From: Octopus vulgaris | Taxonomy: Eukaryota | Assembly: GCA_951406725.2 (NCBI GenBank) | Contig: OX597823.1 | Location: 77,500,001 to 77,564,000, forward strand | Length of the DNA: 64,000 nucleotides | Direction: 5' to 3' | In this document: piece after piece, positions 28,117 through 42,076 of the stretch | How positions within the stretch are numbered: the stretch's first letter is position 1 | How the letters are laid out: every line of letters begins with the position of its first letter | Position numbers and translations under genes: made by a program | The notes under the pieces: model-generated | The model's database searches: none | Told to the model about the DNA's origin: nothing | Seen by the model: only the letters and a program-made list of their open reading frames with translations

Positions 28117-28899
28117 CAAACATACATTAACACACATTATCTTGGAGAATTTCCTTGTAGGAAGTTGCAACATATACCCACTGCTAGCAAAGCAGGAATA
28201 AATCTGTTCAGAAACTCTCAGACTTAGCAACAGGGGGTTCAATGCACCATATTATAGTTACACATGTTATTTTATTTATTCTGCCTATGCTTTTTGTTTG
28301 CAATCTACTTAGTCATATGTTAGGTATTATTAAACTAACTCTGGCAAGGGTAACTTCACAAATGATGTAGACCGCAGTAGTAAACGAAATCAACTGTTTA
28401 GGTGTTGCATTCCAACCTTTCCAAGCATGCGTTATTTCATGTCAGGTGCATGGCACACAAAGCTGCAGCTCAAATTGTACAGTTATGAAGCAAGAGCATG
28501 GTTGATTCTAAAACGTATTCTTTGTACAAGTCTTTCAAAAGCAATACTCTTCTTTTTTTTATCCTTAATATCCTGTGGTTATAAACTCCAGAATAGTGCA
28601 ACAGGTGAAGGATGTTGCTGGAGATTCCTCAAGTGAGTTTAGCACAGAGGTTAGTGTAAATGAGCATCCAAAACACATCCTTGATGGGAGAGTCCATCAT
28701 ATATACAGGGAGAGAGAGAGAGAGTGTGTATGTGTGTGAGTGTGTGAGAGAAAGAGAGAAAGAAAGAAAGAAAGAAAACGTGAGAGAGAGGGAGAAAGAG
28801 AGTGAGAGAGATTATAATTTTTATTTTCCTCTGAAGAGGGGGTGAGTATTGATATAATATGTATTATTTCATATACATTCGCTAACACCAACTTACTTC

Positions 28900-28939
<40 letters not shown>

Positions 28940-28958
28940 ACACACACACACACACACA

Positions 28959-29320
28959 GAGGTGCAACAATTCAGAGTATTGCACTTACTAAGCATCAAA
29001 CCTCAGAAACAGCTGTAAAGAATTATCTGTATTCTCCTTTCACTTATTTTTGAAGTCTGAACATGCACTCTCCACTTAGCTACCTACCTGTCTATGAAGA
29101 ATTTCTCTGAAGAACTACTTCGGTTCTCCTCTCTTTTATCTGTGATATTAGAGTATGAGATTTCAGTGTGTCTTCCTAACTATGAACAACTACTATAAAC
29201 TCAAGCGGTACTGATTTTTCTTGTTCTTCTGCTTAATTAAACTGATACTCACTTCTGTATAACTATTTTATAAATGCTTTGATATCAAAAAAGACCACTT
29301 GTCCATCTTTTATTTTATGT
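28959..29320 (+). mobile_element. Penelope-like remnant with the 3' half of a hammerhead
   Basis: GAGG...CCTCA-GAAAC-AGCT-GTA at 28959-29017; the 5' core is lost against a (CA)n run. Ends TTGTCCATCTTTTATTTTAT, similar to the 50481-50515 terminus. Confidence 0.45.
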
Positions 29321-29746
29321 GTGTGTGTGTGTGTGTGTGTGTGTGATGCTTCATTATGATTCAACTTCCCTTTAGTACTTCTAAGTAGCACTGTGTATTG
29401 AAGGTTTGTTTTGTAGTTAACCTCAAAGGATGATAACAGCCTATAGATATTTTGATATAACTCTTAACTCTTTTGAAGCCATCCCACTTAACACTATATC
29501 TGGTGTTTTATGACAGGAAATCTGTCGCTGTAAAATGTTTATAGTCTAACTACAACTTCCCATTCAAATTTTCAGTAAGAATTTTATGTTATGTTCTACC
29601 AGCTATTTTAATAATGAAGAAAAAAATTATATATTTTACTGCATCTCACTAGACTTTTACATGATTTAAAACTTAATCAAAACTTATACATATGTGTATT
29701 TAATTATGAATATACTTAAAGAAATGTAGTTACTCTCAGTAAATAC

Positions 29747-29960
29747 TTCAACCTTGTACCATTTAAATTGACTGTATCTATTCCAAATATTCTACCTGTT
29801 TTATGTTCAAACTAGCCAGATCCAGTCTCTCACACCTTCCTTACAATGTCATTCACATCATCAAAATTTTGAAGCTATGAGATAATACAGGATTAATTCA
29901 AGGCAATGTGAGTAAATAAGCATTACATTTGGTAGCATAATATGAATGCTAAAGAGTTAT
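29747..29960. mobile_element. piggyBac-like MITE (degenerate)
   Basis: Reverse-orientation homolog of 2229-2455; ends GAATGCTAAAGAGTTAT. Confidence 0.5.
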
Positions 29961-30104
29961 GCATGAGGTGGTCATGTGTATCTCCTCCACAGCAACAAAT
30001 CTGATCCTATCCATTCTTTCATACTTTAACTCCTTGCATAAAACTGCCCCCTTCTCTTCTGTATTGTCATTCAGTCAGGAGGGATCTATAGTCTTGTGAG
30101 ATAT

Positions 30105-30376
30105 CTGCCTCGACTGGCCTCCATGCTGGTGGCACGTAAAAAGCACCAACAAATTGTGGCCGTTGCCAGCCTCGCCTGGCACCTGTGCTGGTGGCATGTA
30201 AAAAGCACCCACTACACTCACGGAGTGTTTGGCATTAGGAAGAGCATCCAGCTGTAGAAACAGTACCAGATCAGACTGGTGCCTGGTGCAGCCTCCTGGC
30301 TTCCCAGACCCCAGTTGAACTGTCCAACCCATGCTAGCATGGAAAATGGACGTTAAATGATGATGATGATGATGAT
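30105..30376 (+). mobile_element. RTE-related family C element
   Basis: GGTGGCACGTAAAAAGCACC repeats, AGGAAGAGCATCCAGCTGTAGAAAC, CCCATGCTAGCATGG and (GAT)n tail. Confidence 0.8.
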
Positions 30377-31282
30377 GTAGCAATTTCACTAATTTTGGTG
30401 CCATGAAAAATGCATCCATATATTCCGTAAAGTGGTTAGCACTAGGAAGATCATCCATCTACAGCAACCAGGTCATTGCTGATGTAAAAGCACGATGCAG
30501 TCCTCCTTCACCTTGGATTCTTCTGAAGCACTCAACCCAAGCTAACATGGAAGATGGATGTTAAATGATGTCGATGATGATGATGATGATGAATGGCATT
30601 GAGCAAAAATAATTTTTTGGCATCTTATGTTTACCAAATATCAGATATCTGTCTTGTGTTCTTAAATGACAATGATGTATCCTTCTAAAGAATCAATGCA
30701 ATGTAACTACTTGCTATTCCCAGATATAGAAGGGTTACTCTTCCAGTTACTTTACATGTCTGTCATTCCTTCAAGCTTCAAAGATATATGACATAAATCA
30801 TAATATTTAGTTTATTTTTCCTGTTGCTGTTGTTGTTGCTCTGACCATCCTATCTTATTTTCCATTATTGTGTGTCTAGATCTACATCACTCAATGTATC
30901 TCCTTTTATTATTTTTCTGGGATATGGTGACTGTTAGACTGCATAATCTAACAAATTTCCTTTATTACAACAGCAGCATGTGATTTGGCTGCTATTTCTA
31001 GCATTTCTGAAATTACAAGCCTCCCTTGCATGTTTACATAATACTAAATTATTCTTGCTTAGCTGTAGGTCGGTTCTCACCAAGCAGGTCTTTAATCAAA
31101 TGTGTTCCATCTATGACCAACCTGTCCATTTTGATATCTGAAACTATATTGTTGTTCTTTTTAAAAGATATATTCACCTATTATTTCTAGCAGGTCAAGT
31201 GACTACATAGAAGTTCTATTATTGGTTTCAGAAAGTTAATTTTTTGCTTTGTTTTCTTTTTTTTTAATGGGTAAATAAACAC

Positions 31283-31897
31283 AGGAATAGGTGTGTGGTT
31301 ATGAAGCTTGCTTCTTAATTATGTAGCCTTAGGTTCAATCCCACTGCATAGTACATTTGGCAAGTGCCATCTACAACAGCCTCTCAGGGCTGACCAAAGC
31401 CATGTGATTAGATCTGGTAGATGGAAACTCAAAGAAGTCTATTATATATATATATATATATATACATATATATATTAGAAGAAATGAGGTACTCAGAAAT
31501 CTGGGTGGTTTTATATTTACAGATATTTATTAGTATATTACATGTTTTTATAAGTCATATATCATATATTAGCGCTTTCGTCCACTCTAGTGGAGTTGTC
31601 AAATTATATATATATATATATAAGAGAGAGAGAGAAAGAGAGAGGGTGTGTGTTTGTGTGTACTCATGTTTTGATATTATGTGATGATTATAAATGAGTG
31701 TCCCTATCACATAAGCAATGTTGTTTACTGTCAGTCTTCCTTGAAAAATGTTTGACCACAGGGAAATATTACCTAACTTGGAAACAGATGAGGGTTGGCA
31801 ACAGTAAGAGCATCTGGCTGTAGAAAACCTGCCTCAACAAACTGTCTGACCCATGCAAGAATGGAAAAGGGAGCATTAAACAATGACAATGATGATG
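31283..31897 (+). mobile_element. SINE (family A head, RTE-type tail) interrupted by a Penelope-like insert at about 31474-31606
   Basis: Head at 31283-31440, then a TA run with an unrelated insert, then the tail at 31650-31897. Confidence 0.7.
31566..31605 (-). ncRNA. Minimal hammerhead ribozyme motif (U3-A8 core variant)
   Basis: Minus strand AAT-TTGACAA-CTCCAC-TAGA-GTGGAC-GAAA-GCGC-TA-ATAT, with stem II TCCAC/GTGGA and a palindromic GCGC loop. Confidence 0.65.
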
Positions 31898-31931
31898 TAA
31901 ATAGAAAGTTTTCAGGAAGTTTGCTATAATA

Positions 31932-32327
31932 TCTTTATATATAAAAGTGAGGTTGTGTGCTGTCTGTCTCCTGTGATTTAGATTCCTAACTACTCCCACA
32001 TTTTGCGGTGCAGTTTAACCAAAACCGGGTATCTTATAGTCGTGATTCATATCGAGCCCTTCTGGGTATTAGCGCACGTCTACAATGAGTCTATGATTTA
32101 AAAAATAATTTACCATCAATTTTTCCCATTTTTAATGCATTTTTGGCATAGATAAGGGAAGTAACTCTCTAAAAATTTATTAAATCTCAGAACGTAAAAG
32201 CTACAGTAACACTCCCTCCCCCTTTGTGGTTAGCCATATTGAGATGGCTATTATACTTTACATCTCTAAAAATGCTTATATAGTTATTTCCCTTACAAAC
32301 CCGAGCAACGCCGGGCGATACTGCTAG
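31932..32327 (+). mobile_element. Non-autonomous Helitron (longer copy, 396 bp)
   Basis: A|TCTTTATATATAAAAG ... CCCGAGCAACGCCGGGCGATACTGCTAG|T. Confidence 0.9.
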
Positions 32328-32613
32328 TAAATGATAAATAATTTTTTTAAATGAAAATATTTAAAACTATTTTTTGTTTGCACTTGAATTAAAACTATTT
32401 AAAACCAAATTTGTTTTTTTTATACCATTTTCAATAGTAAAATATATTTTGATGAAATATTAAAATGTTGTTAAGTATTAAAACATAAAGCTTTAGTTTT
32501 ATTGTAAACCTTTATAAAATATTTATCATATATAGGAAATATAATTTAATAACTATTGGTTGACCAATCAATACCTTGTAAAATAAAATTGATTGACAGG
32601 AACTATACATATA

Positions 32614-32665
<52 letters not shown>

Positions 32666-32885
32666 TATGTAATTCAGGTAATATTGCTTCTGATTACATA
32701 CAGTAATAAATACACACAATCAGTGCTCAGATTGACTTGCTCCCTTAAGATGATTACATATGTATTTGCATGTGTGTATGTGTATGTGTGTGTGTATTAG
32801 AAAAAAAAAGGACAACAAAAACCAAGGCAGGATGAGTATTTCAAGTCATTTATAATAATTTAATAAGGGCAAGGTGAATTTGAAG

Positions 32886-32959
32886 TCTTCCAGCTGTCTC
32901 TGGGACATCTCTAATGATAAGGTAGCATGTCCGTACATTGGGTATTCTGTCATCAGAAA
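32886..32959 (-). ncRNA. Decayed hammerhead motif with extended stem II in a Penelope-like remnant (about 32798-33140)
   Basis: Minus strand TTT-CTGATGA-...GGACAT...ATGTCC-CA-GAGAC-AGCT-GGA-AGA, two substitutions away from GAAAC-AGCT-GTA. Confidence 0.55.
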
Positions 32960-33144
32960 CAAGGTGAGTATGTATGAAAGTTCAAGAGAGGCAAATTCAC
33001 AGTTTATAAGGAATAAACTAGAAGAATAAAGACTAAAAGTAGCTGGAACTTGAAACCTAATGGATGACCAACTATAGCACTTACTCAGAGTACCTATTCA
33101 TTTAGATCACCAGTGAACAAACCCCTTATATTCAATCGAGATAG

Positions 33145-33237
<93 letters not shown>

Positions 33238-33455
33238 TGTATGTATGTATGTATCAAAATTAGCAACAGGATATCAAGTAGTAATGCAGTACGACCATTT
33301 CAACCAGCTCTGTTTAGTTGAACAACGCAATCATTACATCAATTTAAATGCTGTGCTATCTTCAGCTGCACAAAATATAGAATTTTTTAACAAGTAGGAC
33401 ACATTGATATGGAAGAAATTCATGTTGATGCTATTGTAGCAGAGTGGCTAAGAAT

Positions 33456-33499
<44 letters not shown>

Positions 33500-34057
33500 C
33501 ATGCATGCATGTATGTATGTATAGGCAGAAACATGAGTGTGTAGTTAAAACGTTTGCTTCCTAACAACTGCATGGCTCCAGGTTCAGTCTCACAGCACAA
33601 TGCCAAAGGTAAATGTCTCTTAAATATAGCTTTTGGTTGATTAAAGCACTAACGAGAAAATTATAACAAGAGTTATATCTTTTGTCAAAATATAGTTTCA
33701 AAATTTACATACACATATATACATATATATACACAAACACATAAACATGCACACACTCAATACACAATGGATTTTGCAGTTTCCACCTACCAAAAACCAT
33801 GCATGTGATATTAGTTGGATGCTCTGATTTTTCCCTGAATTCTTTCATTATAGTCTGTTTGTTGTGTTGACTTCCTTTTTTCTTAAAACAGCCTCATTTC
33901 CCCCATTAAAATGAAAATTAGTTGTTTAAAAGCAGAAGCCTTTATTTGTAAATACTTTAACTTCATTTAAATAATGGAGTAATTTTTAGCCACATCAAAT
34001 AAAATTATTTGAGACAAAGAATTTAATCCTGTTTAGTGAATCTGACGATATAATGAT

Positions 34058-34264
34058 TTCAAATCTTTGCCACAAGGGCAGCTTGGGTGGGGGATTAAGT
34101 CGATTACATTGACCCTACTGTTCAACTGGTACTTATTTTATCAACCCTGAGAGGTTGAAAGCAAAGTCAACTTTGGCGGAATTTGAGCTCAGGACATTGC
34201 AATGGGTGAAATACCACTAAGATTTTCGTCCAGCATGCTAATGATTCTGCCAATCTGCCGCCTT
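34058..34264 (-). mobile_element. SINE family D (Meta-like central domain)
   Basis: Reverse complement of GGCGGCAGATTGGCAGAATCATTAGCATGCTGG...GACTTTGCTTTCAACCTCTCAGGGTTGATAAAATAAGTACCAG. Confidence 0.75.
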
Positions 34265-34422
34265 AATCTGAGGATATAATAGAAGACAATAATGATGGCA
34301 TCCTGTGATATAAGAACCCAAATCCACTTGGTTGCAAATGGAGCCTCTTAACCCCACAGTTAGTCAGAAGCTATACCTGCATGCATAAAACCACAAACAC
34401 ACATTCTCACATCAATACATGT

Positions 34423-34722
34423 TTGTTCTTTCTCGAGCAACACCTGGCTCAAAAGGGCCGGTTTCCCAGTTTCCTTGGCATATAGATTCCCCACCTGGAT
34501 GGGACGCCGGTCCATCGCAGGTGAGCTGTAAGATGCAGGAGGAAAGAGTGAGAGAAGGTTGTGGTGAAAGAGTCAGCAGAAGTTTGTCATCACCTTCTGC
34601 TGGAGCCGTGTGGAGCTTAGGTGTTTCGCTCATAAACACACACATCACCCGGTCTGAGATTCGAACCCATGATCCCTCGACCATGAGCCCACTGCTCTAA
34701 CCACTAGCCCATGTGCCTCCAC
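34423..34722 (-). mobile_element. SINE family B with target-site duplication
   Basis: Full-length copy with TSD ATCAATACATGT at 34411-34422 and 34723-34734. Confidence 0.9.
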
Positions 34723-35223
34723 ATCAATACATGTAGCTACATGTAAATAGAAATACTTGTAATAAAGGATGGACAGATGAAGAAAATATTAGCTGCATCA
34801 AGGTAAATAGATTATTAGTCATTGGTGTTTGATCTGAACTGAGCGATTTTTTGTTAATATTTAATTGGCATTTGAATAATTTAAGCCATTACTCCTCTTG
34901 TCAACTGACTAATTGTATTGCAAATAAAAACAGAAAAAGAAGGAATCAAAACAACACATAAAAAAACAAAACTGAATAAATAAATAAAATATAAATAAAA
35001 AAAAAAACCTGGCAACTGCTTGTGAGTTTCTAAACTCCCTTCTGTTAACTTGCAGTGACTAGTTTGTGACGGTGTGATCATGATTCAGCTGTCATATGCA
35101 TTTAGCCCAGGCATTGATTTCCTCGTTAGCTTGTTCTTTTTGTTTTTTCTATTTCTTTTCGGAAATTTCATTCGATAATGTTTATTTTTCTCCTCTTTTA
35201 TTCATTTATTTCTTCTTTGTCAG

Positions 35224-35248
35224 TTGGCAATGTGGTGGGCGAATGTAG
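35224..35248 (+). CDS. Candidate 25-nt micro-exon, possibly containing the start codon (MWWANV)
   Basis: Long pyrimidine tract plus CAG acceptor, then TTGGCAATGTGGTGGGCGAATGTAG and a consensus donor AG|GTGAGT. Lies in a repeat-free island. Confidence 0.4.
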
Positions 35249-35571
35249 GTGAGTGAGTGGGTGTTTTAAAGCTGGTCATTAAAGCAGAACTAATTTTACT
35301 GCGACTTGTTCAGGTAGTTGATTTTGGTGTTGGGTCTGGAAGCCCTGATGGGAGGGTGTACTTGCATGCTTCAAGGTTTATTGGAAGTAAGGGGCTTTGC
35401 AAATAAAGAATATTTTTCTTTTTATATTTCTACCCTTGCAATGTTTCCCTTGTTTTTCTCAATTTATTTCATTTCTATTGTCTTTTTGGATTCTTTTTTC
35501 TGAGCTACTTAAAGATACATATTTTTAAAGGAGAAATATATCGATACCACACTTTCATATCCCTCAATATC

Positions 35572-36105
35572 CTTTTCTACTCCAAGCACAAGGCCCAAAA
35601 TTTTTGGGGAGGGGGCCAGTCGATTAAATAGACCCCAGTATACAACTGGTACTTAATTTATCGACTCTGAAAGGATGAAAAGCAAAGTTGACTTTGGCAG
35701 AATTTGAACTCAGAATGTAAAGACAGACGAAATACCTCTAATCATTTTGCCTGGTGTGCTAACATTTCTGCCATTTCACTGCCTTGAAAGAGAAGAAATT
35801 CTTTTCTATTCGGGACACAAGACCCAAAAAATTTTGTGAGGGGCCCAGTCGATTATTTCGACCCTAGTACGCAACTGGTACCAAATTTATCGACCCCGAA
35901 AGGATGAAAGGCAAAGTCAACCTAGGTGGAATTTGAACTCAGAACATAAAGACAGATGAAATACCACTAAGCATTTTCCCCGGCATGCTAACGTTTCTGC
36001 CAGCTTGCTGCCTTATTAAAACATAAATATTCTTTTCTACAGTAGGCACAAGGCCTGGAATTTTGGGGGAGGGGACCAGTCAATTAGATTGATCCTAGTA
36101 CACAT
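35572..36105 (-). mobile_element. Tandem array of SINE family D (two full copies and one partial)
   Basis: Three head-to-tail units, each beginning TTTTCTA...CACAAG(G)CC, at about 35572, 35802 and 36032. Confidence 0.85.
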
Positions 36106-37157
36106 CTTGTGCTTAATTTATCAAACACACACACACACACACATATGTACAGACATACAAGGGTCTTCTTTCTATATACAAGGGGCTTCTTTCAGTTTCC
36201 ATCTATCAGATTTACTTACAAGGCTTTAATCAGCCTGGGGCTATATAGCAGAAAACACTTGTCCAAGGTGCAGTGCAGTGGAACTGAACCCAAAATAAAA
36301 TGGTCAGGAAGCAAACATTTTAGCCAAACACACATATACTGGCTCTCTCTCTCTCTCTCTCTCTCCCTATCTATCTATCTATCTATCTATCTCACACACA
36401 CAGACACACACAAGGAGCTCAGTTTCATACATATTTATCATATATATAAGGAGCTCACAAACACACATTCACACATAAATGAACTCAGTTTGATATATGT
36501 TTATCATATACAAGATAAACAGGATCACACAGTTTACAAAGCCCAATATTTCATTCATTCATTCTCGTGATTGTACACAGCAGTGTGATGAAATGCAGCT
36601 GAAGTCAAAGGTCACGCGATCATTTGAATATACAGATTTATTTAATGTTATTGATAATTTATTCTCAATTTGGTGTATTGTAACCTTAACAAGAAGCACT
36701 GGTTGAACAGGAACTTTATTTGGTTTAGAATATATATAATCCTGCTTAACTTAAATAGTCTAAGTATACGTGTGCGTATGTATGTGTGTGTATGTGTGTG
36801 TGTGTGTGTGAGGTGGGTTTGATGAATGTCTGTACGCATGAATGTTTGTGTCTTGATATTGTGATCAATACCATCATTTGTTTCCAATATTCCATGAAAA
36901 TATATCCAGTCAAAAGGAAATATTACCTTATTTAGCAAAGCCCAGCAACAGAGAGGGCATCTGGCTATAGAAAATTTGCTGCAATGTATTCTGTCTGACC
37001 CACGCAAGCATGGAAAAGTGGATGCTAAATGATGATGATGGTGATAACTAGAAGCAGTATAAATAGAACTAGACATCTTCAACTAGGAATCAAAGTTGTA
37101 TTTCAGAGATAGACCAAGCGTAATATCTGCAAAAATATATTTTAAAAATGTATCCCA

Positions 37158-37725
37158 GCATGGCTGTGTGGTAACAAGCTTACTTCCCAACCACATAGCT
37201 CCAGGTTCAGTCCCACTGCATGGCACCTTGGGCAAGTGTCTTCTATTTACCCAAGTGTCCTTGGGTAAACCAAAGCTTTGTGAGTGGATTTGATTGACAG
37301 AAACTGAAAGAAGCCTGTTGTACATGTATATATGTCTTTGCCATGATAGATCGCTAGCTACTACACATTCTTTATTTTCTCTCCTTGTTTCTGTGTTCCT
37401 TTCTGTGGAAGAGAATAGGCTCGAAACGTTAAAGACTTTTTCACTTCCTGAGTATTATACTAATACATCTGTTTGTTGTCTACACCACCTGTCTTCGTCT
37501 TTTGTTTTTTTTTGTGAATTCCCCCTATATATAAGTGTCTGTACATGTGTGTGACTTTGTCCCCACCACCACTTGGCAACTTAGCACTTCAGCAAAACCA
37601 ACTAACAGAATAAGTAACAAGCTTTAAAAAAATAAATACTGGACACTGTCTGTTCGAATGAAATTCTTCAAAGCAGTGCTCCAGCATGGCCACAATCAAG
37701 TGACTGAAATCAGTAAAAGAATATA
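37158..37725 (+). mobile_element. SINE family A interrupted by a Penelope-like insert (about 37335-37527)
   Basis: Head at 37158-37320, unrelated insert within the TA-rich spacer, tail resumes at about 37535. Confidence 0.75.
37399..37435 (+). ncRNA. Minimal hammerhead-like motif (CUGUGGA core)
   Basis: CTTT-CTGTGGA-A-GAGA-ATAG-GCTC-GAAACGTTA-AAGA, with palindromic AACGTT. Same layout as 51707-51741. Confidence 0.5.
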
Positions 37726-38554
37726 GAATATGAGATAGTTTCAGCTATTATGTCAATAGATTTAAGCAACAACATAGTGGCTTCAACATTAGCTCACTGA
37801 AGGAAATTAGATGTGTAAAGGATATTTAAAATGAAATATTTCAACTATGAATTAAAGCCATGTCATTGTTAAGACCCACCAAGAACATACTAGATATCAC
37901 TAAAAGACAGCAGTGAGTTCCTGTAAGAACTGTAGATTTAATATCCTATTAGAACAGGGAATTAAAGTCTTCAATAAAAATATGTTCGTCTAATTGCATT
38001 TCTCAAGTATTCTATAGCGGTATCCTAAATTAAATGCCATAGCTCTGGAGATAAATATTGAGTTATTCGATGTTGTTATGTTCAATGTTTAGCTTGGATA
38101 CGTCTGATAGAATCATGTTCAGAAATATGTCTGTTTGTCTGTCTGTTTGTCTGCTTATTGTTGTTTTTTACTCAAGCCTGATCAGGCAAATCTATAGTCA
38201 AATGCACTCCAGCCATGACCTTTCCATCTTGATTTAAAGAACAGTAAATTAACCTCAGGTATCTTTTATGAGATAGCAAGATGTGCTTTTAGGTAAATTA
38301 GCTGTTGTTTCTAGCATCGATTTAGTAGTCAAGTAGTGGAAGCATGAGCACTCTTTCTTTTCCCTTGCAGTAAGTCTTATAACATATTGTTCATCATAAA
38401 TCAGACCACAACACTAAATATAGTTATCTAAGAAACATCAAATGTCGTCATCGTCATCATCATTTTGACATCCACTTTTTCATGCTGGCATGGGTTAGAA
38501 TTCATTGATGTAGACTCTCCTAGTCTATCAAACACAAAACAGCTCAGACAGACA

Positions 38555-38949
38555 TTCTTTTATTCTTTTACTTGTTTCAGTCATTTGACTGTGTCCATGC
38601 TGGAGCATAACCTTTAGTCGAGCAAATCGATCCCGGGACTTATTCTTTGTAAGCCTAGTACTTATTCTATTGGTCCCTTTTGCCGAACTGCTAAGTTACG
38701 GGGACGTAAACACACCAGCATTGGTTGTCAAGCGATGCTGGGTGAACAAACACAGACACACAAATATACACACACTCACACACATACAATGGGATTCTTT
38801 CAGTTTCTGTCTACCAAATCCACTCACAAGGCTTTGGTCGGCTCGAGGCTATAGTAGAAGACACTTGCCCAAGGTGCCACGCAGTGGGACTGAGCCCAGA
38901 ACCATGTGGTTGGTAAGCAAGCTACTTACCACACAGCCACTCCTATGCC
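38555..38949 (-). mobile_element. SINE family A, well preserved
   Basis: Very similar to 11475-11893. Confidence 0.9.
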
Positions 38950-39799
38950 TATATATGATTTTCTTTGCAACTATCACTCAGCGTGTCAAAAAGCCTGGAC
39001 ATATTTTCATAGATGACTGCAAATTAGCTCAGTTTCCAAAGCATACAAGTAACAGAGTATAAAATACTCCCTACCCATACAACTCAAGATGTGGGCTTCT
39101 TTATGGTCCCAGAACAGCTCAGCAAAAGTGTTCAATAGAATAAGTACCAGACTTCAAAAAAAAAAAAAAACAAGTACAGGGGTCAATCTGTTTAACTAAA
39201 ACCCCCTCAAAACAATGCTCCAGCATGGCCACAGTCCACAACTGAAACAATTAAAAGATAAACGATATATCCTTCAGCTTTTTAAGATAACAGAATAAGA
39301 CTTAAGTGAGATTCAGTTGTTATTTCTAGCATGTCAAGTGACTACACAGAAGCTCTCTTGTTGGCTCGTTAAGGAATTAGCATTAATTGCTAAACGATAA
39401 ACATTCCACTGTTGTCATTTCTTGTATTACTAGGAGAATTGTTATCTCTGATTTAGAATGTATCTGGAAACATACTCACGCATATCTACCAAATTGTTAT
39501 GAGACATGCAACGATCTGGCTACAAATCCGTTAATTAATTAATTGATTAATTGATCATACGATATATCTAACCGCATTAATGTCTGTCTGGCTGTTTGTC
39601 AGCATATCTACTTATGTATATATATATATATATATATATATCATATCATATCATATTATTTCATATAATATAATCATCATTTAACACCCATTTTCCATGC
39701 TAATGTTGGTATAGGTTAGCTATATATGTGTGTATGTCTAGTCTACATATATATATATAAATATATATATATGTATATATATATGTATGTGTATATATG

Positions 39800-39836
<37 letters not shown>

Positions 39837-39911
39837 GCACACATATATTTATATACATATATATGTACACACACATATATTGATATGTATATCTATCTAT
39901 CTATCTATCTA

Positions 39912-40049
<138 letters not shown>

Positions 40050-41139
40050 TGTACATATATAAATGTTTATAAATGTGTGTGTGTGTATTCATATTCCAGT
40101 GGGATATTTTAATTGACAAGCTTTTTCTATCAGCTTAACCCATCACCTGGCTTAACTCCACCACCTGACCTTTGGGCTGCTTTTAATAGCTGTCCACTCT
40201 AATGCAAATAAACAGGCCAGATCTCTGGTCTGAGAATAACTTATTCCCTGCTGTCTATCAGTCTTAGAGGCTCCAAAAAATGTCAAGGATATTGCCCTTC
40301 CTTTTCTAACTAAGTCACAATGAAAATGTATAAAAATGAAAAGAAGGAAAAGTTGTATATTTTGACATTTTATTGCATTGGAGAATTTTAAAAATCTTCA
40401 AATAATCATTAGATGACATTTCATTCAAATTATCCTCTGCTTTTTACCATTTAAGCTAAATAGTTTTGCTAGATATTGCATAGGATTTGGACAGGTTTTC
40501 AATGTTTGTGACATATTTCTAGCAAGCCTTTATTATGTATAATAGATAAATGCTGAAGAATGGAAATTGGTAAATGGAATTTGAGTGAGATATGTATTAT
40601 TAATCATCATCACCATTATTGTCATTGTTTGTCATTGATCATCATCATCGTCATCTTCACCATCATCATCATCATCATCATCTTTATCATTATCACTAGA
40701 GCAGGATGCACTCGTGTGCAAACTGTCTAACCCATGCCAGCATGGAAAAATGAACGTTAAATGATGAAGATGAACTTTTCCAGCATCATCGTTATTATCA
40801 TCATATTGTCATCATCTTTATCATTGTCATCTTTGTTGTAATCATCATAATCATCATCCTCATCAACAACAACAACTGATTCTGCAAAAATAGAGAATCT
40901 TTATGTGGTCCTTGGGCTTGCTAGAAATAACAGTTGGGTCTCCATTATATCATACCATAAAAAAATTAGATGCTAAAAGCTGTGTTGTATATTATTTTGT
41001 ATTAGATGTATAATGTTTGGCACAGAAAAAGGTAAAATGTGAAGGTCATGGATGGAACGCTTTTTATCACAAGGTCTGCTTAATCAAAACTGATTGAGAA
41101 GTCTAAACAATGTTAACAACAGCAGCACTATCATGTTCG

Positions 41140-41626
41140 TCTCACATCATCATCATCATCAGCAGTAGTAGCTGCAGCATCATAAACTACATCATCATCA
41201 GTAGCAGCAGCAGCATCAGCATTTCAACTCTCAGAACCACCACTATTTCAACTACTACCACTACCACCATTGCCAGCAGTAGCAGCAGCAGCAGCAGTAG
41301 CAGTTACATCATCAGTATTATTAGCACCATCATCGTCTTCATCACCACCACCACCACCACCACCACCATCACTACTACCAACATCACCACTGCTATCGCC
41401 ATCACCATCACCACCATCATCACCACCACCATCACTACTACCACCATCACCACTGCTATCGCCATCACCATCACCATTGTCAGCACTACTAACATCACTA
41501 GCACCATCTCCATCTCCACTGCAAGTATTATTTATGCTACCACCATCACCACCACCATCACCATCACCACCATCACCACCACCACCACCATGAACATCTA
41601 ATGCTACCATCACCCAAATCATCATC
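41140..41626. repeat. (CAT/CAC/CAG)n low-complexity tract
   Basis: Visible directly. A similar tract lies at 40600-40880. Confidence 0.9.
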
Positions 41627-42076
41627 ACTCTTGTTTCTCTACTCTCAAAGGTGGAATGGATCTGTAGTATGGCATGCTGCCACTCCTCCTATAACCATTT
41701 CATTTTCTCTGTAGTAATGCTTTAACTTCATGATAATCCAAATTCCTCGCTTATTTCTTCATCTTCTTTCATCTTCCTCTACCTTGAATACCTCCCAGTC
41801 TTGGCATACAGCACTCTTTCACCCAGTAGGTGTCATGTATTCACATAAAACGCCCACACCAGCACAGCCACCACTCCTCAACATATAAAATGATAATACC
41901 TTTAATAATACTCTACTTGCACCAAAGCATTCATGTAAATTGATGTTGTATACTTAATAGGTTACTCTTAACTCGTTTCTTTCCATCTTCTGAAGATCTT
42001 TTGCACTCAATATCCAAAATCGTGAAAGCTGGAAGAGTAGTTAGAGTATAAGAAGAAGAACTAACTCATAAGGTGT

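Noticed and set aside
41620-41880. Very decayed minus-strand RTE fragment; short hAT-like ends at about 19315, 25645 and 52413
   Set aside because: Too degenerate to support by eye.
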